Of a DNA stretch of 64,000 bases, positions 1 through 10,087 are shown piece after piece (the stretch's first letter is position 1; every line of letters starts with the position of its first letter). A model generated the notes under the pieces. That model saw only the letters and a list, made by a program, of their open reading frames with translations, was not told the origin of the DNA and made no database searches. The translations under genes and the position numbers were made by a program. Source of the stretch: Parcubacteria group bacterium Gr01-1014_13 (GTDB taxonomy: Bacteria; Patescibacteriota; Patescibacteriia; Magasanikbacterales; GWA2-37-8); the NCBI GenBank assembly GCA_007376295.1, contig VMGB01000001.1:80424-144423 (forward strand), given 5' to 3'.

Positions 1-1536
1 CAACTTAGAAATAAAGTAGGTGCGTTAGAAGCCCAGCTTAATGCCGATTCTGAAAAAGGCGCTCCTAGAGATCCGCTTCGGGAAACTGCTTTGCGTGATA
101 TTGAACAGTTGCGTGATGATCTTACCCAAGGTACAGAGCATTTTTTTCAATTTTCTTTTTATGTCACACTTTACGCTAAAACCAAAGAAGAGTTAGATCA
201 AACATCAGAGGATGTAGAAAATATATTTGGCTCCAAACTCATCAACAGCCGTAAAGTTTTGTATCAATCTGAACAAGGCTTTAATTCCACTTTGCCTTTG
301 GCCAATGACGAGCTAATGATAGCTTTCAATCTTAATTCGTCTCCGATTGCCGCATCGTTTCCCTTTATTTCCGCTGAACTCACATCGGATGATGGCATTT
401 TGTATGGTGTTAATCGCCACAACAACAGCTTGATTCTTTTTGATCGATTTTCTTTACAGAACGCCAACATGGCAGTGTTTGCTACCTCCGGTGCTGGTAA
501 GAGTTATGCAATCAAATTAGAGATTTTACGCACCATGATGATGGGCGTAGATGTGATTGTTATTGACCCAGAAATGGAATATAAACATTTGGCTGATGCT
601 GTGGGCGGAACGTATATAAATATCTCGCTTTCTTCTGAAAGCAAGGTGAATCCATTTGATTTGCCACGCCCTACCGGCGGCGAGGAGTTTTCTACCGAGG
701 ATATTATTCGTGGCGCGGTGATAACCGTAAAAGGATTGCTGCGAATCATGTTGGGTACTATGACCACTGAACAGGACTCGATCATAGACAGAGCTTTAAT
801 AGAAACTTATGCTAAAAAAGATATTACACCAGAAGCTGATCTAAATGTAGTACAACCGCCTATAATTCAGGACTTGCAAGAAATTTTGGAAGGCATGGAA
901 GGTTCTGGGGATTTAGTTTTGAGATTGCAGAAATATACCAATGGTACATTTAGCGGTTTGTTCAATTCACCAACCAATGTAGACATGAAAAATCAGTTAG
1001 TAGTGTTTAGTGTCCGCGATTTGGAAGATGAGCTGCGTCCAATGGCTATTTATGCCATTATCAACTATATTTGGAATGTGGTGCGATCCGAACGCAAAAG
1101 ACGTATTCTGGTAATCGATGAAGCTTGGTGGCTGATGCAACACGAAGACAGTGCCAGATTTATCTTTGCTTTAGTAAAACGTGCTCGTAAATATTATTTA
1201 GGAGTTACCACCATTACCCAAGACGTAAATGACTTCTTGCATTCACAATATGGCCAAGCTATTGTGACCAACTCGGCTTTGCAATTATTGCTTCGACAAT
1301 CTCCAGCAGCGATAGATTTGGTGCAAAAGGTCTTTATTTTAACAGAAGGTGAAAAATACTTGTTGCTTGGCAGTGGGGTAGGAGAAGGTATTTTCTTTGC
1401 GGGAAATAAGCACGCGGCTATAAAAGTGGTTGCTTCCTATACCGAGGATCAATTGGTAACCACTAATCCAGAACAACTTTTGGAAATCGAAAGGTCAAAA
1501 AAAGATTTTGAGAAACAGACTAGTGGACCTGCTTAA
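1..1536 (+). CDS. VirB4/TraC-like type IV secretion ATPase (5' truncated by window edge)
   Basis: Frame is open from base 1. Walker A-like ATSGAGKS, IDPEMEY, Walker B IDEAW and RARKY..TQD motifs are typical of VirB4 C-terminal domains. Confidence 0.88.
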   Translation, partial: QLRNKVGALEAQLNADSEKGAPRDPLRETALRDIEQLRDDLTQGTEHFFQFSFYVTLYAKTKEELDQTSEDVENIFGSKLINSRKVLYQSEQGFNSTLPLANDELMIAFNLNSSPIAASFPFISAELTSDDGILYGVNRHNNSLILFDRFSLQNANMAVFATSGAGKSYAIKLEILRTMMMGVDVIVIDPEMEYKHLADAVGGTYINISLSSESKVNPFDLPRPTGGEEFSTEDIIRGAVITVKGLLRIMLGTMTTEQDSIIDRALIETYAKKDITPEADLNVVQPPIIQDLQEILEGMEGSGDLVLRLQKYTNGTFSGLFNSPTNVDMKNQLVVFSVRDLEDELRPMAIYAIINYIWNVVRSERKRRILVIDEAWWLMQHEDSARFIFALVKRARKYYLGVTTITQDVNDFLHSQYGQAIVTNSALQLLLRQSPAAIDLVQKVFILTEGEKYLLLGSGVGEGIFFAGNKHAAIKVVASYTEDQLVTTNPEQLLEIERSKKDFEKQTSGPA

Positions 1537-1566
1537 TTTTAAAATTTAAAATTGAAATTTAATTTT

Positions 1567-2148
1567 ATGTCCCTGCGCGCTCGCATTTTTATCATCATAA
1601 GTATAGTGGTATTTCTAATTTTAGGAATAAGCATATTTTTGATTGTTAGAAACAAAAATAAAAATGCCCAACCCCAGACTGGCGAGCCAAATACCACAGT
1701 CAACAGTAATGGCCAGCCTAATGACGGAACAACAGTTGGCGCTCAGGCTCCGGCCGGTCTCCCAGCCAAGACAGCCACTCCTTTGGAGGCTGAAAAAAAT
1801 AGCGTATCTCAACTGGCCAAGTTTTTTCTGGAACGTTACGGCACCTATTCATCGGACAATGATTTTCAGAATATAAAAGAAGTTGAAGTTTTTGTTACCG
1901 CAGCTCTATGGTCAAAGATTAGCGCGCCAATGAATTCTAAAACGACAACAAATGGCTTTGTGGGCATGACTACAAAAGTGATTAGCATGGAATTAACGGA
2001 TTGGTCTGATACCGCGGCCACAGTAGAGTTAAAAACAACCAGAACCGAAGAAAAAAATGGCGTAGTTTCTACGCGCTACCAAAATGCTACCGTGGAAATG
2101 GTAAAAGAAAATGGCGTTTGGTTGGCAGACAAATTGGTATGGAATTAG
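1567..2148 (+). CDS. Bitopic membrane protein with NTF2-like C-terminal domain (VirB8/TcpC-like, inferred)
   Basis: N-terminal TM helix, low-complexity linker, C-terminus ATVEMVKENGVWLADKLVW typical of NTF2-fold ends; directly after virB4-like gene. Confidence 0.55.
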   Translation: MSLRARIFIIISIVVFLILGISIFLIVRNKNKNAQPQTGEPNTTVNSNGQPNDGTTVGAQAPAGLPAKTATPLEAEKNSVSQLAKFFLERYGTYSSDNDFQNIKEVEVFVTAALWSKISAPMNSKTTTNGFVGMTTKVISMELTDWSDTAATVELKTTRTEEKNGVVSTRYQNATVEMVKENGVWLADKLVWN

Positions 2149-2149
2149 T

Positions 2150-2776
2150 ATGATTCATCGGTTGATAAATAAAGTAAAAGATTTATTATTTCCAAAATTT
2201 TGCGTAAATTGTGAAAAAGAAGGAGTCTGGTTGTGTGAGGCGTGTCTTTCCTTAGAAAATTTAGCTCAAGAAGATAGAGCCGTGGCCAATTTAGATGGCA
2301 TAACGGCTTTATTTAATTACGGAGATAATACAATATCAAAATTAATTCAGATGTTTAAATATAATTATTTATTGGAGATTGCCGATATTTTTGAAAAAAT
2401 TATTACTGAAACTAAATTTAATAATACCTGGACTGATTTTGTCATTATTCCCGTACCGCTTCACGCCCGACGAGAGCGTGAAAGGGGATTGAACCAAGCC
2501 GAAGTTTTAGCCATGATGTTCGCCAAAAAATTTGGTTTAAGTATAAATAAAAATTTAAACCGCGTAGTTTATACCGTTCAGCAGGCAAAGTTATCTGGAG
2601 AAGAGAGGCGACAAAATTTAAAAGACGCCTTTGTTTTTAAAGGCGGTGCAGTACCAGAAAAAGTTTTATTAGTAGACGATGTATATACGACTGGCGCCAC
2701 TATGCAGGAATGTGCCAGAGTTTTAAAAAATAACGGGGTGAAAGTTGTTTGGGGTTTGGTGTTAGCAAAGGGTTAG
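2150..2776 (+). CDS. comF: ComF family competence protein (double zinc ribbon + PRTase domain)
   Basis: CVNC..CEAC zinc ribbon, PVPLH..RERGLNQA, VLLVDDVYTTGAT. ATG 2150 preferred. Confidence 0.92.
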   Translation: MIHRLINKVKDLLFPKFCVNCEKEGVWLCEACLSLENLAQEDRAVANLDGITALFNYGDNTISKLIQMFKYNYLLEIADIFEKIITETKFNNTWTDFVIIPVPLHARRERERGLNQAEVLAMMFAKKFGLSINKNLNRVVYTVQQAKLSGEERRQNLKDAFVFKGGAVPEKVLLVDDVYTTGATMQECARVLKNNGVKVVWGLVLAKG

Positions 2777-3105
2777 ATAGCCAACATAGCCCGTACATCC
2801 GGGTTCATTCTGTCTGCAGTCCAGGCCGGTTCCCAAACGAGGTTTATGGATACTTTTTCTACATCAGGAATTTCTTCGGCAACTTCTTCTACCTGAGCGA
2901 TTATGCTAGGCCCGACTGGGCAGCCCATGCTAGTAAACGTCATAGTAATTTCGACGCAGCCGTCTTTAATATCTACATCATAAATTAATCCTAAATCCAC
3001 AATACCAACCCCTAATTCCGGGTCAATTACATTGTTAAGCAGCGCCCAATATGGTTGGGTGCGTTGTTCGGGAGGAACAGGAAATTGTTTAGCTTTTTTT
3101 GTCAT
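2773..3105 (-). CDS. sufT: SufT/DUF59 Fe-S cluster maturation protein
   Basis: VIDPELGVGIVDLGLIY, TSMGCP, VWEPAW motifs; last gene of suf operon. Confidence 0.85.
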   Translation of the reverse strand: MTKKAKQFPVPPEQRTQPYWALLNNVIDPELGVGIVDLGLIYDVDIKDGCVEITMTFTSMGCPVGPSIIAQVEEVAEEIPDVEKVSINLVWEPAWTADRMNPDVRAMLAI

Positions 3106-3463
3106 ACAAATTTAATGCTTTTTTTAAGGTAGATAATCCAAGTAATGCGCATTTTACCCGTCCTGGGCTGATAGGCACATGCAAAAGATCATATACTTTG
3201 GCCGCTTTTAATTTTTTTAGGCTAGAAATTTTTTTACCACCAATTTCGTCAGCCAGCAAAGACATAGCTGCTTGGCTAATAGCACAACCAGTGCCCACAA
3301 ATCCAAGATCTTCCACAACTCCATTTTTGATTGTTAGTTCAAGTGAAATTTTATCACCACAAAGAGGATTATCTTCGGTAACTTTTATTGTGGGATTGGA
3401 AATACTTCCGGCATGATGCGGATGTTGGTAATGGTCCAGAATTGTTTCGGAATAAATATCCAT
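3089..3463 (-). CDS. sufU: SufU/NifU-family Fe-S assembly protein
   Basis: NPLCGD, GCAISQA, RVKCALL motifs. Confidence 0.92.
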   Translation of the reverse strand: MDIYSETILDHYQHPHHAGSISNPTIKVTEDNPLCGDKISLELTIKNGVVEDLGFVGTGCAISQAAMSLLADEIGGKKISSLKKLKAAKVYDLLHVPISPGRVKCALLGLSTLKKALNLYDKKS

Positions 3464-4684
3464 TTATTTAATTTTAAAAATTTTTAAGACTTTTTGCAGT
3501 GCTTTTTCAGCCATATCTATGTCTTTGGTTGTGTTGTATAAATAAAAACTCATTCGGGCAGTAGAGTTTACTCCTAAGCGGCCAACCAGTGGTTCGGCGC
3601 AGTGCAGACCTGAACGAATAGTCACACCTTCTTGGTTGAAAATTGTGGCAATATCATGCGGATGCACACCGGTAACGGTAAAAGAAAGAACGCCGCCGCA
3701 ATCAGTAATGTGAGAAGGGGAGAATAGTTTTACTGCAGGGTAGCGAGAAAATCTTTTTTTGGCATAGGCCAAAAGTTTTCGGTCGTGGGCGGCAATAGCA
3801 GCCAGACCGATATTTTCTAAATAGTCGATGGCAGCGCCAAAGGCAATTACATCGGCAATATTGGGTGTGCCAGCTTCGAATTTCCAGGGGCCAGTGCGAT
3901 AGGTGGCTGTTTGTTGTTGTACGCTCTCCACCATATCGCCTCCATACATATATGGAGTCATTTCAGCCATTATATTTTGTTTGACATATAAAACACCAAC
4001 TCCGGTTGGGCCTAGCATTTTATGGGCGGAGAAAGCAAAGAAATCACAATCAATATCGCGTACATTTATTTTGGCATGTCCGACCATCTGCGCGCCATCC
4101 ACTAGTACTTTAGCGCCAACAGCATGGGCCATGGCCGTTATTTTTTTAACCGGTACAATTGTTCCGGTAACATTTGACTGAGCGGTAACACATACCAGTT
4201 TTGTTTTTTCTGATAATAGTTTTTCATAGGCTTCTAGATCTAATAAATAATCAGAAGTTATCGGGATAATTTTTAAAATAGCACCTTTTTCTTTGGCTAG
4301 TTCTTGCCAGGGGACCAGATTGGCGTGGTGTTCTAGAGCGCTGACAATTATTTCATCACCTTTGGTAATATGTGTTTTTGCCCAAGAAAAAGAAACGCAG
4401 TTTATAGCTTCTGTGCAATTTTTGGTAAAAATTACCTCTTCTTCATTTTTTGCACCAATAAATTTGGCTACTTTTTTTCTTACATCCTCGTATTGAGCGG
4501 TAGCTTCTTCGGAAAGAGTGTGGATGCCGCGGTGGATATTGGCGTTGCTGGTTGTGTAATATTTTTGTAATGCCAAAAGTACAGCTGTAGGCTTTTGGCT
4601 GGTGGAAGCGCTGTCTAAATAAACCAACGGTTTGCCATTGATTTTACGTTTTAATATGGGAAATTGTTTTTGGATATTTTTCAT
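3464..4684 (-). CDS. sufS: Cysteine desulfurase SufS
   Basis: YLDSAST, EHHAN, SAHKMLGPTG (PLP Lys), RSGLHCA (catalytic Cys). Confidence 0.96.
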   Translation of the reverse strand: MKNIQKQFPILKRKINGKPLVYLDSASTSQKPTAVLLALQKYYTTSNANIHRGIHTLSEEATAQYEDVRKKVAKFIGAKNEEEVIFTKNCTEAINCVSFSWAKTHITKGDEIIVSALEHHANLVPWQELAKEKGAILKIIPITSDYLLDLEAYEKLLSEKTKLVCVTAQSNVTGTIVPVKKITAMAHAVGAKVLVDGAQMVGHAKINVRDIDCDFFAFSAHKMLGPTGVGVLYVKQNIMAEMTPYMYGGDMVESVQQQTATYRTGPWKFEAGTPNIADVIAFGAAIDYLENIGLAAIAAHDRKLLAYAKKRFSRYPAVKLFSPSHITDCGGVLSFTVTGVHPHDIATIFNQEGVTIRSGLHCAEPLVGRLGVNSTARMSFYLYNTTKDIDMAEKALQKVLKIFKIK

Positions 4685-4688
4685 GTAC

Positions 4689-5309
4689 TTAGCTTTTTGT
4701 TTGTGATAGAAATGTAGTAACAGCTTCGCGAATTTTATTTTTTATCTCTTCATCATCAATCGCTCCCAATTCAGTTTCAAAAAATCCCTGTACTAACAAA
4801 GCGCGAGCCTGCTGCTCAGAAAGACCTCGGGAGAGTAGGTAAAATAGCGCGTCTGCGTCTACTTTACCCACACTAGCTGCGTGGCCAGCTTTGACATCGT
4901 CAGTTTTAATTTCTAAAAATGGTGCAGTTTTGGCCGAGGCGTTCGCAGATAAAAGTAAGGTGTGGTGAGCAAAATATGTATCTGCTCCATGACCTTCTTT
5001 TTCAATACTCCAAGCGCCTTCAATGCTGCAAGTTGATTTATCAGTCAAAGCGCTACGAATACGAGCTTTGATTTGAGTTTTTGGGGCTGCGTGGATAGCC
5101 TGTATTTTGGCATCAAAGGAAGAGTTGTCTGTTCCGAGAATAAAAAATATACACATACAGCTGGCTCCACGCCCTTGAGCGTTGATAGTTAAATGTCGTA
5201 CACCAGGCCAGCCTGTGGTTATTAGGCCGACAATAACAATCTCCTCATCACTTTTTAAGGTAATTGTTTTGTCTGGAATAGTATCAATAAACAAAATCTT
5301 ATTTGGCAT
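4689..5309 (-). CDS. sufD: SufD family Fe-S assembly protein (short form)
   Basis: PFLEIKTDDVKAGHAASVG..LFYLLSRGL C-terminal motif; lies between sufB and sufS. Confidence 0.88.
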   Translation of the reverse strand: MPNKILFIDTIPDKTITLKSDEEIVIVGLITTGWPGVRHLTINAQGRGASCMCIFFILGTDNSSFDAKIQAIHAAPKTQIKARIRSALTDKSTCSIEGAWSIEKEGHGADTYFAHHTLLLSANASAKTAPFLEIKTDDVKAGHAASVGKVDADALFYLLSRGLSEQQARALLVQGFFETELGAIDDEEIKNKIREAVTTFLSQTKS

Positions 5310-5313
5310 AAAT

Positions 5314-6732
5314 TTATCCTACTGATCCCGTCATCTCTAAAGCAAGTAGGCGATTGAGTTCCACCGCATATTCCATCGGCAATTTTCGGATAATTGGGTT
5401 GGCAAAACCATTTACAATTAAGGTGGCGGCTTGTTCTTCGCTAAGTCCGCGGCTCATTAAGTAGAAAAGTTCATCTTCACCAATACTGGCTACAGTCGCT
5501 TCATGGGCAATAGCGACATCTTCTTCCTTTATATCCATAGTTGGATAGGTATCGGAGCGAGAAGCTGGATCAAGCATTAGGGCATCACAAACTACACGCG
5601 TCTTTACGTTTTTTGCGCCTTTTATTACCTTTACTAATCCGCGATAGGTGGAGCGTCCACCATTTTTACTGATTGATTTGGAGATAATAGTAGAGCTGGT
5701 ATCTGGAGCTAGGTGCATTACTTTTCCGCCCGCATCTTGGTGCTGGCCTTTAGAAGCAAAAGCCAGGGATTGAATTTCTCCTTTGGCACCGCGTTCACGC
5801 AGAATAATGCTAGGATATTTCATGGTAACCTTTGATCCCAAATTGCAGTCTAGCCAAAACATTTCAGCGTTTTCGTAGGCCATAGCTCGTTTGGTCACGA
5901 GATTGTAAACATTCCCAGACCAGTTTTGAATAGTAGTGTATTGAACACGCGCGCCTTTTTTGACAATAATTTCTACTACAGCTGAGTGCAGAGAATCGCT
6001 GGAATAGGTAGGGGCGGTACAACCTTCTACATAGTGCACAGAGCTGCCTTCATCGGCAATAATTAGGGTGCGTTCAAATTGACCCATGTTTTCTATATTT
6101 ATACGGAAATATGCTTGGAGCGGTAACTCTATGTGCACACCTTTGGGCACATAAATAAACGATCCGCCAGACCAAACTGCAGAGTTTAAGGCGGAGAATT
6201 TGTTATCTCCAGGCGGCACAACAGTGCCAAAATGTTTTTTAAAAAGTTCGGGATGGTTTTTTAGAGCGTCGTCAGTGGATTCAAAAATAACACCTTGTTT
6301 GGCCAGATTTTCGGCTAGTGAATGATAAACCATTTCGGATTCAAATTGAGCGCCCGTTCCAGCCAAAAACTTTTTTTCCGCTTCGGGAATTCCTAATTTA
6401 TCAAAAGTGTCTTTAATTTCTTTGGGCACATCATCCCAGTTTCGTTTAGATTTATCTTGAGGGCGAACGTAGTAATGAATATTTTCAAAATCAATACCAG
6501 TAAGATCGGCTCCCCATTTTGGCATTTCTTTTCCTAAAAATACTTCGTAGGCATGCAAACGAAAATCAAGCATCCATTGCGGTTCGCCTTTTTGACGGGA
6601 AATTTCACGGATAATATCAGCATTCAATCCCTTTTTGGAAGCAAAAAAACTTTTAGTTTTGGTACGAAAACTAAAAGCGGAATTATCGCCGGTTTGAGTC
6701 AGCATCTTTTTTGTTTTGAGTGGAACCGGCAT
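5314..6732 (-). CDS. sufB: Fe-S cluster assembly protein SufB
   Basis: [32 protein letters not shown] motifs. Confidence 0.97.
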   Translation of the reverse strand: MPVPLKTKKMLTQTGDNSAFSFRTKTKSFFASKKGLNADIIREISRQKGEPQWMLDFRLHAYEVFLGKEMPKWGADLTGIDFENIHYYVRPQDKSKRNWDDVPKEIKDTFDKLGIPEAEKKFLAGTGAQFESEMVYHSLAENLAKQGVIFESTDDALKNHPELFKKHFGTVVPPGDNKFSALNSAVWSGGSFIYVPKGVHIELPLQAYFRINIENMGQFERTLIIADEGSSVHYVEGCTAPTYSSDSLHSAVVEIIVKKGARVQYTTIQNWSGNVYNLVTKRAMAYENAEMFWLDCNLGSKVTMKYPSIILRERGAKGEIQSLAFASKGQHQDAGGKVMHLAPDTSSTIISKSISKNGGRSTYRGLVKVIKGAKNVKTRVVCDALMLDPASRSDTYPTMDIKEEDVAIAHEATVASIGEDELFYLMSRGLSEEQAATLIVNGFANPIIRKLPMEYAVELNRLLALEMTGSVG

Positions 6733-6735
6733 AAA

Positions 6736-7497
6736 TTACTTTTTGATAAAAGAATCAAAACCGTCCTTCTCTATTTTCTTTACAATCTCTTTACCGCCTT
6801 GGGCAACAATTTTACCTTTGGACATGATATGAATTTTGTCTGGTTTGATAAAATCTAAAATTCTGGGATTGTGGCTGACAATTATTAATCCCATGCCTTG
6901 TTTTTTTTGCACAGCGCCAAGTTGTTTGGCGACAATTTTTAGAGCATCAATGTCTAAACCAGAATCTATTTCGTCCAAAAAAGCAAACGATGGTTCAAGC
7001 ACAGCCATCTGCAAAACTTCCGACTTTTTCTTTTCCCCGCCGGAAAACCCTTCGTTTATCGATCGGGACATAAAAGCCGGGTCTATCTTTAATTTTTCCA
7101 TCTCAGTACGCAAAATGGCAGCAAAAGGAGCTGGTCCAATTGCCGGGGTTTTGGATTTTTGGGCAGTGGCTATGGTATTTTTGGCTAAGCGTAAGAAGTT
7201 ACCCAAAGCCACGCCAGCTACTACCTGAGGGTGCTGGAAGCCCAAAAATAGGCCGTTTTGGGCCCGTTGGGTAGGGGAAAGCTCAAGTATGCCTTTCTTG
7301 TCTAGTATTACGGATCCAGCAGTTACGGTATATTTTGGGTTGCCCATTAAGACAGAGAGCAGGGTGCTTTTTCCAGAGCCATTTTGACCCATAATAATAT
7401 GGACTTCTCCCTGCGAAATATCCAAAGAAACACCGTTTAAAATCTTGGTGCTGCCAATAGCGGCATGTAAGTTTTTTATCTTTAAAGTTTTAAGCAT
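6736..7497 (-). CDS. sufC: Fe-S cluster assembly ATPase SufC
   Basis: GQNGSGKST, NEGFSGGEKK, LDEIDSGLDIDAL; ATG 7497. Confidence 0.95.
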   Translation of the reverse strand: MLKTLKIKNLHAAIGSTKILNGVSLDISQGEVHIIMGQNGSGKSTLLSVLMGNPKYTVTAGSVILDKKGILELSPTQRAQNGLFLGFQHPQVVAGVALGNFLRLAKNTIATAQKSKTPAIGPAPFAAILRTEMEKLKIDPAFMSRSINEGFSGGEKKKSEVLQMAVLEPSFAFLDEIDSGLDIDALKIVAKQLGAVQKKQGMGLIIVSHNPRILDFIKPDKIHIMSKGKIVAQGGKEIVKKIEKDGFDSFIKK

Positions 7498-7530
7498 AAA
7501 AGTGGTAATTTTCAAGCAATCTTTTCTCTC

Positions 7531-7571
7531 ACTATATACGAAAATAACTCAGACGTCAATGGTATGAGTTA
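7531..7571 (-). promoter_or_regulatory. sigma70 promoter of suf operon overlapped by an inverted repeat
   Basis: Minus strand TTGACG (7559-7554), 17 bp, TATAGT (7536-7531). Inverted repeat TAACTCAGAC-N7-GTATGAGTTA at 7545-7571. Confidence 0.65.
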
Positions 7572-7623
7572 AAACAAAAAAGAACGGACAAGACCGCTCT
7601 TCTTTGTATTTTTACACTAAAAA

Positions 7624-7905
7624 TTACATTTTGTGCTCTGTTCCACAATTGCATCCGCCAGGACCGCAATTGCAACCGCTGCCGCTGCCATCTTTGGAGC
7701 ACATCTTGCATTTGCCCATGCATAGCATCATAAGGGCTGATAAGCCTACCAAAATGTAGACTACTCTCTCTACCATTGGCCAGTTGCCCAATAGAGCATT
7801 TACCAGATTCCAGTTAAAAGCGCCTACTAAACCCCAGTTTAATGCTCCAACGAGCACCAATAGCCAGGACACTTTGTGTCCGTGACACATTTTTTTCATC
7901 ATCAT
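7624..7905 (-). CDS. DUF378 membrane protein with Cys-rich C-terminal tail
   Basis: LVLVGALNWGLVG...RVVYILVGLSA signature. Confidence 0.85.
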   Translation of the reverse strand: MMMKKMCHGHKVSWLLVLVGALNWGLVGAFNWNLVNALLGNWPMVERVVYILVGLSALMMLCMGKCKMCSKDGSGSGCNCGPGGCNCGTEHKM

Positions 7906-7960
7906 AAATGATGGTTAAGAATAAAAAGGTATTATACCACGTTTTTGGGTAGATAGGTAC

Positions 7961-8329
7961 TTAAGCCTTTTTTTCGGGGATGAATTTGAGAGAGACAGAA
8001 TTTACACAGTGGCGGGTATTTTTTGGAGTATAGCCCTCGCCAGTAAAGACATGCCCCAGATGAGCGTCACAAGTATTACAAGTAATTTCGGTGCGCGAGC
8101 CATCAGCATCGGGCGTCTTTTTTACAGCGCCGGGAATTTCTTGATCAAAGCTGGGCCAGCCGCAACCAGAATGAAATTTACTCGTAGAAGTATAGAGCGG
8201 AGTATTACAACGGCGGCAAACATAAGTTCCGGGTACAAAAAAATCATCGTATTCACCGGTAAAAGGTCGTTCAGTACCTTTGTGAACAATTACTTTTTCT
8301 TCTTCGGGGGTTAGGGGATTAAGTTGCAT
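7961..8329 (-). CDS. msrB: Methionine-R-sulfoxide reductase MsrB
   Basis: GTERPF, CRRC, GCGWPSF, HLGHVF, RHCVNS; start ATG 8329. Confidence 0.95.
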   Translation of the reverse strand: MQLNPLTPEEEKVIVHKGTERPFTGEYDDFFVPGTYVCRRCNTPLYTSTSKFHSGCGWPSFDQEIPGAVKKTPDADGSRTEITCNTCDAHLGHVFTGEGYTPKNTRHCVNSVSLKFIPEKKA

Positions 8330-8334
8330 ATAAA

Positions 8335-9234
8335 TTATCTGGCTGTAACCAGTAATCGTAGTTTGTGTTTGAGCGCGCATTTCCAAGAGCAGAATGGTTC
8401 TCCTTTTTTGTTTAGACAATTTTCGCAACAGATAAAATGATCATGGCAGGTAGGGAGCAAACAATTTACAAAATTTTCATTTGCAGTGTGGCATTTACGG
8501 CAGCGGCCAACAATTTCATGTTCTCTTTCTGGGCTGCTAAAGGCCATAGTAACGCGGCCGTCAAATACATATAGCTTACCGGCAAAATCTTCATCCGGAT
8601 ATTTTTCCATATACGAAACAATGCCATTATGTAATTGGTAGACATCATTGAAACCATTTGTGACCAAAAATCCAGACGCTTTTTCACAGCGCACACCGCC
8701 GGTGCAAACGGTAACTACAGTTTTGTTTTTTAGATGTTCAAGTTTAGGTAAAATTTTTGGCAGATCACGGAAGTTTTTTAGCGGCGGTAAAATTGAATTT
8801 TTAAAAAATCCGACCGAGTGTTCGTAGTCATTGCGCATGTCGACAATATAAAATTCTTTGCCGCTATGAATCCAATCATGGAGATTTTCCGGAGATAAAT
8901 ATTTTCCCGTGGTAACGGCCGGATTTACATCCGCGTCCCCCAAATGCGCGCTCACAATTTCTGATCGCGCTTTTACGGATAATTTAGGGAAAGCATCGCC
9001 TGTACCAACGCTACGTTTGAAGTTCATATCGTTAAAACGCGGGTCGCTGGCAGTTTCGTCTATATATTTTTGGGTATTTCCCACTAAGCCCTCTACAGTT
9101 CCGTTTATGCCTTCGGGAGCGATAATAATACGGCCTTTCAAGCCTAATTTTTCACAAAGCAATCTTTGAGTACGACAAAATTCGCTGGGGTCAGCGATGT
9201 GGGTATATTTGTAATATAAAAGTATTTCGTGCAT
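8335..9234 (-). CDS. trhO: Rhodanese-domain tRNA uridine(34) hydroxylase TrhO/YceA family
   Basis: [43 protein letters not shown] and C-terminal Cys cluster; start ATG 9234. Confidence 0.9.
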   Translation of the reverse strand: MHEILLYYKYTHIADPSEFCRTQRLLCEKLGLKGRIIIAPEGINGTVEGLVGNTQKYIDETASDPRFNDMNFKRSVGTGDAFPKLSVKARSEIVSAHLGDADVNPAVTTGKYLSPENLHDWIHSGKEFYIVDMRNDYEHSVGFFKNSILPPLKNFRDLPKILPKLEHLKNKTVVTVCTGGVRCEKASGFLVTNGFNDVYQLHNGIVSYMEKYPDEDFAGKLYVFDGRVTMAFSSPEREHEIVGRCRKCHTANENFVNCLLPTCHDHFICCENCLNKKGEPFCSWKCALKHKLRLLVTAR

Positions 9235-9287
9235 ATATTTTTCTTCTGCACAAAGTCTACCACTTAAATCAAAAAATTTCAATACTT

Positions 9288-10076
9288 CTACGCTAACCTC
9301 CCAAACATTACGCCAACAACATAGGCGGCCGCGGCGGCAAAACCTCCAAGCAGGAGCATTTCCATGCCAGCGCGATACCATGGCTGGCGAGTAAAATATA
9401 TTTTTAGAGTACCTAGGATAAATAGGGTAATGCCGGTAAGTGAGCAGGCGAGAACAAATGTGTGGGCGGCAAAAAATGGAATAAATTTGGCAATCACATA
9501 AATTAAAACCGGAATAGCGCCAAAGAAAACAAACGAACCAAAAGTAACCAAGGCATTTTTTAATGGTGATTCAGGATTTTCTACCAATCCTAATTCTTCG
9601 ACCATCATAATATCTACCCACGGTTTTTCTATCTTCGACAAGGCATCAACAGCAATTTTTGCATCTTCCGGGGCGATGCCTTTTTCTATATAAAGTTCTA
9701 TCATCTCTTTTTTTTCTCCTTCGGGATAGTTTTGTACTTCCCAGGTTTCGCGCACTCTTTCGGCGGCAGCATATTCATTTTCTGCTTTGGTACTTAAATA
9801 ATCTCCAAAGGCCATAGAAATGCCGTCGGCGATAAGATTGGCAACACCCAAAATTAAAACTATGCTGGCCGATAAATTAGCGCCAGCCACACCGGCGACC
9901 ACAGCAAAGGTGGTGACAATACCATCCAGCCCGCCATAGACAAAACTTTTTAGGTATTGGCCGTGGCCGGTTTGGTGTTCTTCGGGCGCGCCGCCATTGT
10001 CGTGCGCTCTTCGGCTTGCCTCTGGGTCGTTGCGACGAAAGGCGCTGCGGGCTTTTTCTAAATTACGACTTATCAT
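9288..10076 (-). CDS. VIT1/CCC1 family Fe/Mn transporter
   Basis: VYGGLDGIVTTFAVVAG, ANLIADGISMAFGDYLS, MMVEELG. Confidence 0.93.
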   Translation of the reverse strand: MISRNLEKARSAFRRNDPEASRRAHDNGGAPEEHQTGHGQYLKSFVYGGLDGIVTTFAVVAGVAGANLSASIVLILGVANLIADGISMAFGDYLSTKAENEYAAAERVRETWEVQNYPEGEKKEMIELYIEKGIAPEDAKIAVDALSKIEKPWVDIMMVEELGLVENPESPLKNALVTFGSFVFFGAIPVLIYVIAKFIPFFAAHTFVLACSLTGITLFILGTLKIYFTRQPWYRAGMEMLLLGGFAAAAAYVVGVMFGRLA

Positions 10077-10087
10077 AACGTATAATT

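Noticed and set aside
8335-9381. Long 5' extensions in the ORF track (trhO, msrB, ZIP, yidC, mntR, ytxH, comF)
   Set aside because: They overlap upstream genes, promoters or terminators; downstream ATGs match family N-termini.
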